DNA of 64,000 nucleotides from the NCBI RefSeq assembly GCF_964204645.1, contig NC_134035.1, positions 6,843,101-6,907,100 on the forward strand, read 5' to 3'. The translations under genes and the position numbers were made by a program. The DNA is from Tubulanus polymorphus. Taxonomy: Eukaryota > Animalia > Nemertea. Of this stretch, positions 50,801-61,820 are shown piece after piece. Within the stretch, counting starts at the first letter, position 1. Every line of letters starts with the position of its first letter. The notes beneath the pieces are model-generated. The model did no database searches, was not told the origin of the DNA, and saw only the letters and a list, made by a program, of their open reading frames with translations.

Positions 50801-53800
50801 GTTCAGGTACGATCGGCTTCCCAACTCCGTTCACCGGGGAGGAACGCTGGTTAACCGGCACCGGTCTCCGGTCATTCACCGGTCTCTGGTCGTTCACCGG
50901 TTCGGCCGGTTCAAACTACATGTTCGGAACCGAGCACGCGCCACGGTATTCGCGAACGGCCCGCACCGGTTCGGTCGGTACCGGTCCGGTTCGGTCCGGT
51001 CCGGTCCAGACGTCGTCCGGTCCAGACGTCGTCCGGTTCAAAACATCCGGTACGTTCATCGTCTGATTCTGATCGTCGCTCTGGGGATAGAGCTGGCTCT
51101 CCCACTAGATTTAGACGCTGTGAGCGTAATAAACGAGCAAGATCTCCTTCTCGCAGATCAAGGTTTGATCGCTAGAGGGACTACGATCGTTATTGTCGGA
51201 AGTTTCGCCGTCGGTCTTCTCATCGTTCGTCGAAGTCGGTTAGCGATGAAAGCGATTCTTCTAGTAGGTCGCGATCCCGTTCGAGGGACCGTCACCGAAG
51301 TCGGCATGATCGTCGGGATACTGGAAAATACCTGACTCAGAAGGATTTCCATGTATTTGAGGAGAAAATTTTAAACTTGTTATCTTCGTCGCAACAAGTC
51401 GCTGCAACTTCTACAACAGGTAAGCCTATTCCTGATTGTCCGTTTAGAAGTTCGCCAGCCCACTCAGTTTTTCGGAATTCTGACTCTGAATTCCTGGATG
51501 CTGCGGTAGGGTCTGATTTCAATGAGGATCCGGTCCCAGAGGCGGCAATTCCTTCTGGGGTCGTTCCTGTCGCAAGCAATTGTGGGTTGCCCCAGACGAT
51601 GGGGGCTTCCCTGGCTCGCAATGTATCTCCGTCCCGTTCAGTTTTATCCGAACCAGCGGGGGACATGCCATTTAGCTTAACGTTTTACGGGAATCGTCAG
51701 CGGTTTCGAGAGAATGGGCTCGATTGGATACGCAATTATGGGGTGAATGTCGGCCTGGAACATTTTCATTTCCCCCTCCAGAATGGGGTATGAAATCTGG
51801 GAAATATTTTAGTTCAACCGATCCACCTATAGGCGCATTTCGCTCGGCGTATTACGCAACTCCAGGTGCTGTGGATCACAGTCATAACTGCCTGGATGCT
51901 GATTATACTTTGATCAGCCCGGATACTGTTACAGCACAGTCGGGTATTCGTTTGCCTAAGTCCGGTTTGGTGGCCATGACGTCAATCCTGGACAATCTTA
52001 CCAGGGTTGGTTCGTTTCAAGATATGGCACTTAAGGTGTTGACGGGTGAGCTTCGCGAGACTCACGCCGCCGTTCATGCGGGCTCCGACCCAGAGTCAGT
52101 TGCCCTAAAACTGGAGGGAATGGACCGGATTATCCAATCTTTGGCTCGGTCTGTTTCGCATGTAATTCCGTTGTCGGTTCGGGGTCAGGCTAATCTGGTG
52201 TTAGCCTCCCGTCAGTCAATGATGGACTCCAGTGCCAAAACTCGTCTACCGGATATGGTGTCCAATGCTTTGCTGGGAGCCCCATTGGGGACGTCTTCAC
52301 GTCTTTTCTCCGGTTGGTGCGCTCCGGTTTCCGCAGAGCTGAGGAAGATTCGGGAGGTTCAGGCCAAGTCCAACCCCCGAACTCCGTGGAAAAAGCGTTC
52401 TGGTCCGACGCCGGCGGCGCAAGGTTCGGCACGGACGCAAACAGGACCATCTCAAACTTCAGCGCTTTCTCAGGCGGCTTCGGATGCCGGTTGGAGAACT
52501 AGCGCGCAACTTCAACAATCGTGTCAAGCCTCGTCCGGTCGTAACAGTTCCGGTTCGTATCGAGGCAAGGGGAAGGCTCCAAAAAGGGGCTCTTCCTTTC
52601 GGAAAAACTCGAAATGAATTCTTGGGACCAGTGGGATGTTGTCTGCAGCAGGCAGCAACCCACTGGTCCGACCTCTTTGGAGACGGTTGGCCCTCCCGGG
52701 TCGTCTCTCGTGGCTACCGTCTCCGTTTCCTAAGGCGACCGCGCCTGATGAGGTCACCTCCCGACATGCGGCCAAAACCAGGTCAGGAGGCCTTAATCTC
52801 TCCGGCTCTCAAGGAACTGGCAGAGAAGGGAGCGATAGAACTAGTTTGTAACGAAACTTCTCCCGGCTGGTTTTCTCGAATATTCATGGTACCAAAGGCC
52901 ACAGGGGGTCAACGGACAGTGATAGATCTGTCATCCCTCAATCGGCACCTAGACATTCCAAGGTTCCGGATGACCAAGCCCAAGGACGTGATTCAAGGGC
53001 TCCGTCCGGGTCAATGGGCGGCTTCATTGGACCTGAAAGATGCTTACTTTCAGGTTCCAATTCACCCAAAATCTCGGCGATTTCTCAGGATAAAGTGGAA
53101 AGGCCGCCAGTTCCAATTCAGGTCTCTTCCATTTGGCCTCAGTACGGCCCCGTGGGTTTTCACCAAGTTGGTCAAGTCAGTTCTGAAGGTACTTCAGTCA
53201 AGGGGTGTTCGACTGTTCGTTTACCTCGACGACTGGTTAATAGTCGCGAATTCGGCTCAGGAATGTCGGGAGGCAATGACCTCAGTCTTGGACTTAGTCC
53301 ATCAGCTAGGGTTCCGCGTAAACAGGGAAAAATCTCAGTTGACGCCGGCCCAACAGTTCACTTATCTCGGCATGGACTTCGATCTCCGAATCGGCAAAGT
53401 CTTTCCGTCTATGGTTCGAGTGGCCAAACTTCAAGAAGCTGTAGCGCGAGTGTCCACAACCCCGAGAACAGCTCGTTACTGGTCACGGCTTCTAGGCTCC
53501 ATCAGCTCCATGGGTCTGGTGGTGCCCTTAGGCCGCCTCAGAAGCAGGCGCTTGCAACAATATTGGAAGGTCTTCTGGTCTCAGTCGAAGGGCAACTGGG
53601 AGGCCTTGATTCCCGTACCTCCAACCGATCTAAGTCCGGATCTTCAGTGGTGGGCGGCCACTACGAATCTTCGGCTCGGGGTGTCACTAGCCTCGTTAGA
53701 GGCTCCAGTTTGTGTATTCACGGATGCCAGTCACCAAGGATGGGGGGCACATCTGGAGAACCGAGTCAAAGCCGGGAAATGGTCTCGCTACGAGGCCACC

Positions 53801-56800
53801 AACCACATAAATTTCCTAGAAATGCTGGCCGTGTGGAAGGCCCTGAAGTTCTTTCACAGGAGAGTGGAGGGCCACCACGTTTGGTTAGCCACAGACAATT
53901 CAACAGTGAGGGCTTACCTTCAGAACCAAGGGGGCACTCACTCAGAAACCCTCACAGGTCTGTCGGCCAAAATTCTTCTTTGGTGCCAGACAAAGGGCGT
54001 GTCCCTGACTGTGGCACATTTAGCAGGGAAAAGGAACGTGATGGCCGATGCTCTGTCTCGTCGAGGTCAGGCTATTGCGACAGAATGGGTTCTCCACCAA
54101 GAAGTAGCCGATCGGGTTCGGGGCATTTTTGGCAATCCGCTGCTGGATCTGTTTGCCACCCGGTTCAATCGGAGGTGTCCTCTGTTTGTGTCCCCGTTTC
54201 CAGACGCGGAAGCGTGGGGGGTCGATGCCTTCTCTCTGGACTGGTCGGGGATGCATGCGTATGCGTTCCCGCCCACACCAGTCCTGCCGCGCTTACTGGA
54301 TCAAATAGAGAGATCAGTCAATTGCAACATAGTTCTGGTAGCACCATGTTGGCCGGCTCAGAAATGGTTCCTACCACTTCTCCACCTACTGTGCGACAAC
54401 CCCAGGATTCTTCCGAATTTCCCATCGCTTCTGTCTCAGGGGATCTTTCGGCATCATCCTAACAGCCAGTGGTTAAATCTGCTCGCCTGGCCATTGTCCA
54501 GCGATCCTTGTCAGCTTCAGGCTTTTCAGAACAGGCTGCCTCCTTTATCGCAGGATCTAAGCGGCCATCAACAAGTACCATTTACGATGCCAAATGGAGT
54601 CATTTTGCGGATTGGTGTGCTGCAGGGGAAATTGATCCATGCTCACCCTCTGTAGCTCAATTGGCAGATTTTTTACTGCACCTATTTATAGTAAAAGGTT
54701 TACAGGTCATAACTATTAAAGGTTACCGCTCCGCGATTTCTCATACATTGCGTGCTTCTGGATGGCCAAATGTAGCAGGGGATCATCGGATATCCCAGCT
54801 GGTTGCTGGGTTTTCTATTTCCCGGCCTCGGGTAACAAGGACAGTTCCACCATGGGATCTGTCTGTAATTTTGAAGAAGTTAATGGAGGCTCCATTTGAA
54901 CCTCTTTCGGCAGCGTCATTTGCAAATTTGTCAAAAAAGACTGTATTTTTGCTGTTCTTGGCTTGCTCGGCCCGTCGCTCTGAGATTCATGCGCTTTCAG
55001 TCCGACAAGGTCATATTGTCTTTGGGCCAGCGAATGAATTTGTTTCGCTGTGGCCTGCTTTGGAATTTTTGGCAAAGAACCAACGACCAGGCTCGGTTGG
55101 GCGTCAATGTCGAATTGAAGCCCTAAAACATCGAGTGGAACCGGGCATCCCGGACAGGACTTTATGTCCTGCGCGGGCGTTGTGTTTCTATTTAGATCGC
55201 TCTGCTTCACGGAGGGGTTCACGGGAGCGGTTATTTATTCCGCTGCTGGATCACCTAAAGGGGGATATTTCGCGGGACACAGTAGCCCGATGGGTCTCTT
55301 CAATGATCAAGGACATTTTCTTGAAGGAGAATCTTTCCTCGGAGGGAGTCCTTTCTAATCAAGTGAGGTCTATGGCTACTTCCTGCGCAGCCTTTTCGGG
55401 TGCTCCGTTGGAGGAAGTCTGTCGGGCCGCCTTTTGGAATTCACCGTCGACATTCACGTCATTTTATTTACGGGATGTTTCAGGCCAGTTAGGCTCATTA
55501 GCTTCACTTGGTCCTGTTGTCATGGCTCAAGGTGTCCGTTCTTTCCGATCGGACCCTTTAGTGTAGAATATTTATGTTGCATTATCAGGATCACAGGGGG
55601 TGTATCCTTGTACATAGTTTGTGCTCATATCTGCAAGTATTAATTTCGCAAAATTCTGGGGGGGGGCCCCTGAGCTGGACGACCTCACTGTGGCCAACCG
55701 GTCTTCCCTGTGCTACAGTGCTCCATTCCGTGCTTGGGTAAGTGCTCTCTTTTTCCCTCTTACCTTGCGTTTGAGCGGTGGTTTTTCTATCTACCTTTCC
55801 CACCATCCTTGTGCTAGGCTAGTCTAGCAAAAACCATAGGAAAGGGTACAGTACTCGACGGAAATATTACAATTTTTGGAACTAAAATTTGTATTTCCGA
55901 GACGTACTTACCCTTTCCTATGGTGGGAATCCCACCCACCTGCCCCGCATAGCTGTTTTTTTTTGGTCTGCTATGACGTAAAAAGATGGCGGATTTCGCC
56001 GGTGGCTAAATGCAATACCGCAGGGCCGGGTCGTATAGAAAAACCATTGGCGATAAATCCAAATTTAGAAAATATTGGCAAAAACCATAGGAAAGGGTAA
56101 GTACTACTCGGAAATACAAATTTTAGTTCCAAAAATTGTAATTTTAATTTAATTCAAGGATATAATAATAATATCTTGTATGTATCAATCATGTAATAAA
56201 GGGCTAAGAATTAAGGAAGTGATGATTAGGACAGCTGTAGGCTGAGCCTATTACTATACAAATGGAGCGAATTTAAATGACATGGTTTCCAGAGCAAAGG
56301 CTCTTTTACTGTGCAACTGAGCATATATTCATACAAATTATTCATTAAAGCATTATCCATTCTCCAAACTCTACGTAGCTGAATTTTGAAAGAGGGTCTC
56401 GTTAAAATTTATATGAGCTTTTTCGCGAATATGTGATCGCAAAAATATTGGTTTTGAAAAGCCGATCAGAAAGCAGACTCCTCTATAATTGGCTTAGCCG
56501 CAGAAATCAGCAGGTGTTCACGTGAACCCGCGATATTGTCTACCGTTTTACTTCCGGGTTTCATTTTAAGATCTGAAATTGTATTTCAAGATCGATTTCT
56601 GTGAAAGCTTTAGTTGATTTGGTTTTTGGGAGGAATATTTTTATTAGCACTACAGAAAATATCATTGACCATTGTGTTAAGTCCGGGAAAAATAGCTTTT
56701 TCTTAAATCGGATAGATGACCTTGATATGCTAATTAGCCCATGTGCTCAAACTACAAATTCAATCAAATTTTATTCCACAAAAAATATCAAATTCAATTC

Positions 56801-59800
56801 AATTTTACTTTATTGAACAAATAAAAACATCAAATTCAATTTTGTTTTATTGAGCAAATTTAAGAAAATTCAATTCTATTCCGCATTAAAATCAATAAGA
56901 CCAAGGGAAAAGATTAATCTGAGGTATTTGTTCCTGCCAGATCCAGTCGCTGTCTGTGCTACTTTTGTATTCTACGATTGTATTGTGTAAATTATTAGGT
57001 ATTGACTTAGTTAGTTACCTAATCGTTGGTGGTAAGCTTTTTATAATCGGATGGGTTTATACCAACCTGTGATTTGTGAAAATATCCGATCGTGAAACTA
57101 AACCACAGTCAAGTGGTGAGGCTTATTTCTGAAGGGGGGTCTGGGGGCCCTCCCCTAGAAATATTTTGAAAATTCAATCGCCGGAGATACGTTTTGGGGC
57201 CATTTCACGGTCTTATCACAGAAGCATGAGATGCTGTGAGCCAACCCCCTAGTTCAGAGAACGACGAGCTGCTACGCGGTACTGCGTGCTTTTGAAAAAA
57301 TTTTGAGCAAAAAAGTGGGGCGGCTTTGACCGCCCCTGCCGCCCCTGTTCCGACGGCCCTGGTGCTGGGAGTGTATTTTGCCAAATTTAACCCACAGAAT
57401 GCATCATCATTTGCCATTTTTTGAAAAGCTGACAGGCTGGCCATGGGGCTCTTGTATTTAGAATAAAATATTGATGTTTGAAGAGTTCAGCATATCGTCA
57501 GTTGATGGTTTTAATTCGGTAATCTATTCTACATTCGATTGCAATCCTAATTGATTTATAGTGCGTGTAATATTTTTGACAATATACACTCAATGATTTG
57601 ATGGTGAGCCATAGAGCCATTCAGGCATTGGACCTTTATTTTTAGTGCAATCCAGCCTATGATTCTACATTGATTTTCATGAAATTTAGTGGGTTTAAAC
57701 TGCATACCCTGGGGATACATATGTTGCTTCGCCACATTCTAGTTGGCTTGACATATGACGACAAAATCTATATATTACACCTGATGAATGAAAGCAGTGA
57801 AATCGTATTAACTAGTTTTTGAATATATTCACTATATTCAATCATGAATTTTCTAGTAGTTGTGATTCTTGGAATTCGCTTGCTGTTAGTCCCGTGAGTC
57901 CCAAGGTAAGTGCAGCCTACTGTATCCATGTAATCGACCCATACATATCTATTGGTTGTCCTTCTGTTTCAGCAATTTCTCTACCTAAAGACATTCCTAA
58001 ACCGTTTGCTTACGGAAAACTGCGATTCAACAGTTACATTTTACTCAGCGAAATGATCAAAATCGATGTGGTAAGCTCTATGAACAGAGTATTAGAATGA
58101 CTTGTTGATCATCGAGTATTAGAATGTTTATATGTATATTTTGTAGCCGGTGATCAAATCTAAGACTGTTCTACCAATGGAGTTTCTACCTATCAATAAA
58201 AATGGTGGACAGGGTTATGGTTTTATTTTGTATAAAGCCATTATCCCTCATGGCAAGGAACTTACCTTCACTGACTATGTTCGTGATCGCGCCGTTGTAA
58301 GTTATTGTAACTTAAGATAATTCGTATTGGGAGAGTTGGCGAATGTTGGTTGTGAACTTGGAGATTTAACACTGACATAGGGACAAAATTGAATTGTTTT
58401 ATCCTGGCATTGATGCAATGGTTAGCTTTCATAAATTCTGAGCAAATCAAAGAAAACCAGATGAATTTCATTGGTTCCAAATTATCTTGATTTTTTGCTC
58501 TCGAGGAATGAGAGAGCTATTACAAGCCTGTCGGCATCGTGTGGTGTATGTGCACCGCGAACCAAAGCACACCATTTTTACAGTCATTGCATTAACAGAT
58601 CCGATAAATGGGGTTAAATACGCAGCTAAAATAGATCCGGCAACTTTGTATTCAAGATCATTTCACATTATATCGGGTTGAATAGTGAAAAAAGTTGATC
58701 ACAATAACATAAAAAGATTTTGGAAATTTACTGCAGCCATATTGCGTAGCAACAGTAGGTGTCTACCCATATCAGTGTACCTACATTAATGACATTTTGA
58801 GGGAGATTCCTCATTAACAGGGTTGTATCCCAGCAACCAATCAGAGCTACGCGCACCTGCTACGGAGTCCCGTCGATAGACTGCTTAGTAACACATTTTC
58901 CTCGCCAAACTTGTATTTTTTAGGATATTAAAATCGTCAATATTCGAAACGATATGGCTTGTCCGAAGCGATCCCGCATCGTGAGGGGAAAATGAGTGTT
59001 TTGCTTGCATTTCATCGTGACGCTCTGATTTCATTCGGGTGTGGCTGCGGGTGTCTTTAAATGCGATGTCGCGATGGAATCAGTCTTAGATTATTGCTAA
59101 TTTATCAGTAAAGAGGCTGGTGCGGTATAGCAGCTCTGTCGTTGGTTCTGTGATAAGCCGATGTTGTTGTTAAGGCCCAGATCATTCCTCTAACCCGGAT
59201 CGAATTTAAACGTTTATTTCAAATTGCATCCCTATATCGTTTACTGACATTTTTTGAACTTCGTCAATTCATCTCATCTCTGCATTTCATAAGGCTGTGT
59301 CAACCTCTTGGCCCATCGGCAATTATTATTTTGAACAAAATAAACTTTATAATAGATTTTTATTAAGTTGTTAGAGGTCCATTTATTATTAAAAAGTCTT
59401 TGAAAGTGATACACATTGGTCTGTTGAACTTTCTGATCTATAACCGGCCATATTTCACTAATGTTTAAGGTAAAACGAATCGATCTGACATATTTGTTCC
59501 TTCCTCCCACTGTCTGAGGCATTAAGTCTCACATTAGTGCATAGGGAGTTGTTTAAGCGAACAGATTTGCATAATTAAAAAGTAGTAGAATGAACAATGT
59601 AATATTTTCATTGATATTATAAAAAGTTGTACCCCGAGAGCACAGGACCTTTGGTCCTCTAGTTAAGTTTTGGTATGTAAAGATTCAAATGTTTAAACTT
59701 AAACTGACACTTATTGGTTACCAGTAGAACAAGAAATATCGCGATTGATGGTTTAGAAATCTTTTGAAATCTTTCGTTTTCAGGTTATGGTAAACGGAAT

Positions 59801-60856
59801 CTCTGTGGCTATCATTGATAATAAACTCAAAAACTCTGTTGTGACATTTAACACAATCGAGGTATGTAAAAGGATGCATGATTCATTCATTCAGGTACAT
59901 TTTGAATTATTCTGTATATCATTTATCTGGACAGTGAAGGGAAGACGACTTAGGATACTACCTTGCATGACTCCACTAGTTAGACCTTTTTATTTCCAAA
60001 ATGAGACAGTTCCCTTGATTTGGGCGACCTGTTTTTGTAACGATCGGGCATAAAGTCCAGAGACCAATTTGACTGCATTGTCCAAATCGGTGATATAGTG
60101 TTTTGTCCCAATCCGCACTTTACGTGTCACAATGTCCTTTGTTCTCCTTTTTTGCTTTTTACAGAATAAATGGTGTGTATCATTATTTTTCAGTTACGGA
60201 GTTATTTAGATGTATTATAGGCCACTGGTAGTTTTCTGAAGGGTCTGACCTACTCAGCTAGCGTTAGGACCCCGATTCTTTACATTTTCGTTCGCAGAAA
60301 ATTGCCGAGCCATCTAAGCACCCCATCATTGATACTGTATCCTAATACCTTGTTTAGTAATCACTGATCACTGCAGTACCATATCAAATGCTTTTTCGAA
60401 ATCTATAAAGCCCCAGGCCTAACAGTCCATTTTCCAGAGTCAAATAACTATCTAATCCAGTCATCCATGGTTTAAAGTAGGCCTATATGACTGTTTGTAG
60501 ACCTTCCTTTTATCAAACGGTTTTGACCTTTGAACAGGATTCTAAATTTCATTCATTTTCAATAGCATGGTGCGGCTGAGTCAACATACATGCAATCATA
60601 GTTGACAGTGTCCAGACACAAACAAGAATACGAACAAGGCTGTGCAGATAACCCGTTATCGCTGCTTTGCAGCTATGTTCATCCTTTTCACTGCTTTGCA
60701 GCTATAGTTTTTATTGTGTGTTCCAATGATCCGTATGTTCTTTGTATTGTTAGTTGAAAAGTGAAAATGAGCTGTTGGTGCTGGTTGAAAATCTTGGAAG
60801 ATTTAATTATTTTTCAAATTCTCAAAATTCTGGAGAGACTTGTCACCCGAGAAAAG
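32728..60856 (+). CDS. GLB1L2: GH35 beta-galactosidase (GLB1L2/GLB1L3-like), seven internal exons; gene incomplete in window
   Basis: Exons 32728-32883, 45602-45736, 47811-47900, 57973-58070, 58147-58296, 59784-59861, 60754-60856; all AG/GT bounded and phase-compatible. Motifs EFWSGWFDHW (nucleophile Glu), NLYMFHGGTNFGFMNGAN, TSYDYDA, GQGYGFILY, VRDRAVV, LVENLGRFNY. The exact orthologue is uncertain. Confidence 0.92.
34131..36272 (+). mobile_element. Helentron-type family B element carrying nested repeat fragments
   Basis: 5' AGGCCAGCCGTAGGCTGAGCCT after TTATT; 3' AGGCTGGCC plus GCCCCTTGGGGC hairpin then TCTTGTT; both ends shared with 56228-57454. Confidence 0.7.
35458..36125 (+). repeat. 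Internal fragment of Helentron-type family A
   Basis: Collinear similarity to about 12400-13070. Confidence 0.85.
37190..41759 (+). mobile_element. Full-length Ty3/Gypsy LTR retrotransposon, coding region degenerate
   Basis: 133-bp LTRs 37190-37322 and 41627-41759 (TG...CA, 4 differences); TSD CTTGA; PBS TGGCGACGAGGATGG at 37325 (tRNA-Ser type); PPT AGGGGAGA; gag, protease (ADSAA), RT (ISDD), RNase H (DHKPL), integrase. Confidence 0.97.
37630..41513 (+). pseudogene. Gypsy gag-pol broken into ORFs 37594-37788, 37917-38225, 38564-39511, 39508-39846, 39980-40552, 40545-41513
   Basis: PWVSPIVVVPK, RICVDMRQAN, DLKSGYHQ, RLNFG, AHEGHQG..C..C, DFYGP, TDNGTPF, NGMAER. Confidence 0.93.
42170..44960 (+). 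repeat. Degenerate tandem/foldback repeat rich in TTCGAACAA motifs, interrupted by a family A element
   Basis: Unit start GAA(AG)TATATTGTTCGAT..AACAGAA recurs near 42183, 44010 and 44275. Confidence 0.7.
42574..43732 (+). mobile_element. Second near-complete family A Helentron-type element
   Basis: Same 5' end TTTTTAGCCCACTTGG, GTCC microsatellite, about four ~150-bp tandem units, 3' TCCCAAGTGGGC..GTGTCCCTGGAC. Confidence 0.88.
45030..45573 (+). repeat. Helentron-like family C copy (partner about 59890-60710)
   Basis: Collinear similarity with 59890-60710; ends in hairpin GCTGCTTTGCAGC then TATATT. Confidence 0.7.
45602..45736 (+). CDS. Beta-galactosidase exon
   Basis: SVNLYMFHGGTNFGFMNGAN..TITSY G|gtaagt. 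Confidence 0.95.
47811..47900 (+). CDS. Beta-galactosidase exon
   Basis: tag|(D)YDALLNEFGNTTEKFFKTRELI..FA G|gtatgt. Confidence 0.9.
50504..52617 (+). pseudogene. DIRS gag-like ORF1 with two in-frame stops and a frameshift
   Basis: N-terminal Cys/His finger CGH..DNHDSCASC..C....CNIC, RS/P-rich linker, pieces 50483-50854, 51377-51793, 51724-52617. Confidence 0.8.
52484..54655 (+). CDS. DIRS reverse transcriptase / RNase H / adenine-methyltransferase-like polyprotein
   Basis: SLDLKDAYFQV, LPFGLSTAP, YLDDWL, FTDAS..GWG, HINFLEM, TDNST, NVMADALSR, LDLFA, DAFSLDW, YAFPP. Confidence 0.95.
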   Translation: MPVGELARNFNNRVKPRPVVTVPVRIEARGRLQKGALPFGKTRNEFLGPVGCCLQQAATHWSDLFGDGWPSRVVSRGYRLRFLRRPRLMRSPPDMRPKPGQEALISPALKELAEKGAIELVCNETSPGWFSRIFMVPKATGGQRTVIDLSSLNRHLDIPRFRMTKPKDVIQGLRPGQWAASLDLKDAYFQVPIHPKSRRFLRIKWKGRQFQFRSLPFGLSTAPWVFTKLVKSVLKVLQSRGVRLFVYLDDWLIVANSAQECREAMTSVLDLVHQLGFRVNREKSQLTPAQQFTYLGMDFDLRIGKVFPSMVRVAKLQEAVARVSTTPRTARYWSRLLGSISSMGLVVPLGRLRSRRLQQYWKVFWSQSKGNWEALIPVPPTDLSPDLQWWAATTNLRLGVSLASLEAPVCVFTDASHQGWGAHLENRVKAGKWSRYEATNHINFLEMLAVWKALKFFHRRVEGHHVWLATDNSTVRAYLQNQGGTHSETLTGLSAKILLWCQTKGVSLTVAHLAGKRNVMADALSRRGQAIATEWVLHQEVADRVRGIFGNPLLDLFATRFNRRCPLFVSPFPDAEAWGVDAFSLDWSGMHAYAFPPTPVLPRLLDQIERSVNCNIVLVAPCWPAQKWFLPLLHLLCDNPRILPNFPSLLSQGIFRHHPNSQWLNLLAWPLSSDPCQLQAFQNRLPPLSQDLSGHQQVPFTMPNGVILRIGVLQGKLIHAHPL
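54469..55566 (+). CDS. DIRS tyrosine recombinase
   Basis: TIKGYRSAIS, PPWDL, ARRSEIHAL, LCPARAL, NQVRSMATS, AAFWNS..TFTSFYLRD. Confidence 0.93.
   Translation: MVKSARLAIVQRSLSASGFSEQAASFIAGSKRPSTSTIYDAKWSHFADWCAAGEIDPCSPSVAQLADFLLHLFIVKGLQVITIKGYRSAISHTLRASGWPNVAGDHRISQLVAGFSISRPRVTRTVPPWDLSVILKKLMEAPFEPLSAASFANLSKKTVFLLFLACSARRSEIHALSVRQGHIVFGPANEFVSLWPALEFLAKNQRPGSVGRQCRIEALKHRVEPGIPDRTLCPARALCFYLDRSASRRGSRERLFIPLLDHLKGDISRDTVARWVSSMIKDIFLKENLSSEGVLSNQVRSMATSCAAFSGAPLEEVCRAAFWNSPSTFTSFYLRDVSGQLGSLASLGPVVMAQGVRSFRSDPLV
56228..57454 (+). mobile_element. Helentron-type family B element with a nested hAT-like MITE fragment (about 57120-57361)
   Basis: Both ends match 34131 and 36272; nested GC-rich piece ends GCCCCTGTTCCGACGGCCCTG. 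Confidence 0.7.
57973..58070 (+). CDS. Beta-galactosidase exon
   Basis: tttcag|(A)ISLPKDIPKPFAYGKLRFNSYILL..DV|gtaagc; phase fits both neighbours. Confidence 0.82.
58147..58296 (+). CDS. Beta-galactosidase exon
   Basis: ttgtag|PVIKSKTVLPMEFLPINKNGGQGYGFILY...VRDRAV|gtaagt. Confidence 0.92.
59784..59861 (+). CDS. Beta-galactosidase exon
   Basis: ttttcag|VMVNGISVAIID..TIE|gtatgt. Confidence 0.85.
59890..60710 (+). repeat. Helentron-like family C copy filling most of a beta-galactosidase intron
   Basis: Similar to 45030-45573; duplicated terminal hairpin CTGCTTTGCAGCTAT near 60660 and 60691. Confidence 0.7.
60754..60856 (+). CDS. Beta-galactosidase exon
   Basis: ttag|LKSENELLVLVENLGRFNY..RK G|gtatgt. 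Confidence 0.9.
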
Positions 60857-61820
60857 GTATGTATGTTTTGAATTCTAACATTGCATTTTGTTTCATTTAC
60901 AATGAAAATATATGGCTTCAAGCTTTTAATAAGCATTATTTTTTGCTCGCTATAAGGCTGTTTTCACAAGCTGAAATTTCTCCGCTCCTAAAAAAAGCCG
61001 CTCCTAAAAACGCCTGCCGCTGGAATTTAAGTTCGGTTGTCCGGGTTATTATTTGATTCTGATGTTTATAAGTGCTCAAATTTGGTTATGAAATAATCAA
61101 CGTCACTCCTTAGTTCAAGCCGCTGTAGCAGGTAACTACGGCGACGCTCAATGCAGTCGGTGTGTGTGTAACACGGAACACGCTTGTACATGGAGATATT
61201 GATCATAGAGCGCGCGCGATATTCAGCGCTAATGCCAAGAGACTCGGGAGTGCTCCGGAAACTACGAAGTGAAGACTTGGAATTCGGATAAGGCCGGATC
61301 ATTCTTTGCAGTTTCAGACGGTCACTACTCTTTACGTAAAAACCAGCATAAATTTATTGGCCAGCTGAGATTCCCGCCCTGATTATATCACTCGAATTTA
61401 CTGAGTACGGGAGCTTCAATCACAGTCGCATGAAATATTGTTGACAAAGTCAAAGTTTAACTACATATTCCACAAAACAAACGAGGCATTTTGATGAATA
61501 GAGTTTATTTTGTTTGAAAAAAACATCATGTAAACACCGAAATATAATCTGCGCACCACGGCAGGTAGTGGGCATCTACTATTTTCTGTATTGATAACAC
61601 CACACGCCCAAGATCCGTGTTTTGATCAACGCTTAGAACTAATCTAAGTAATTAAAGATGGCATTAAGTGTCAGCAATTGAACCCGTCTTTTTTATGCCC
61701 TTACATTACCAATCGTTGGAGCCCAGCTATCTTGTATTTAGATTGCCACACTGATGATTTCGATAATTTTGATACTTAGTGCACAACGCGAGTCGATTGC
61801 ATTGTCAGCAATAAGGCCTT

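Larger units (their letters stand above)
50165..56145 (+). mobile_element. Structurally complete DIRS1-type tyrosine-recombinase retrotransposon
   Basis: ~120-bp inverted terminal repeats 50184-50303 and 55980-56099 (1 mismatch seen); right extension 56100-56142; internal complementary region 55827-55924 matching both termini; gag, RT/RNase H/methyltransferase-like and YR ORFs. Confidence 0.97.
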
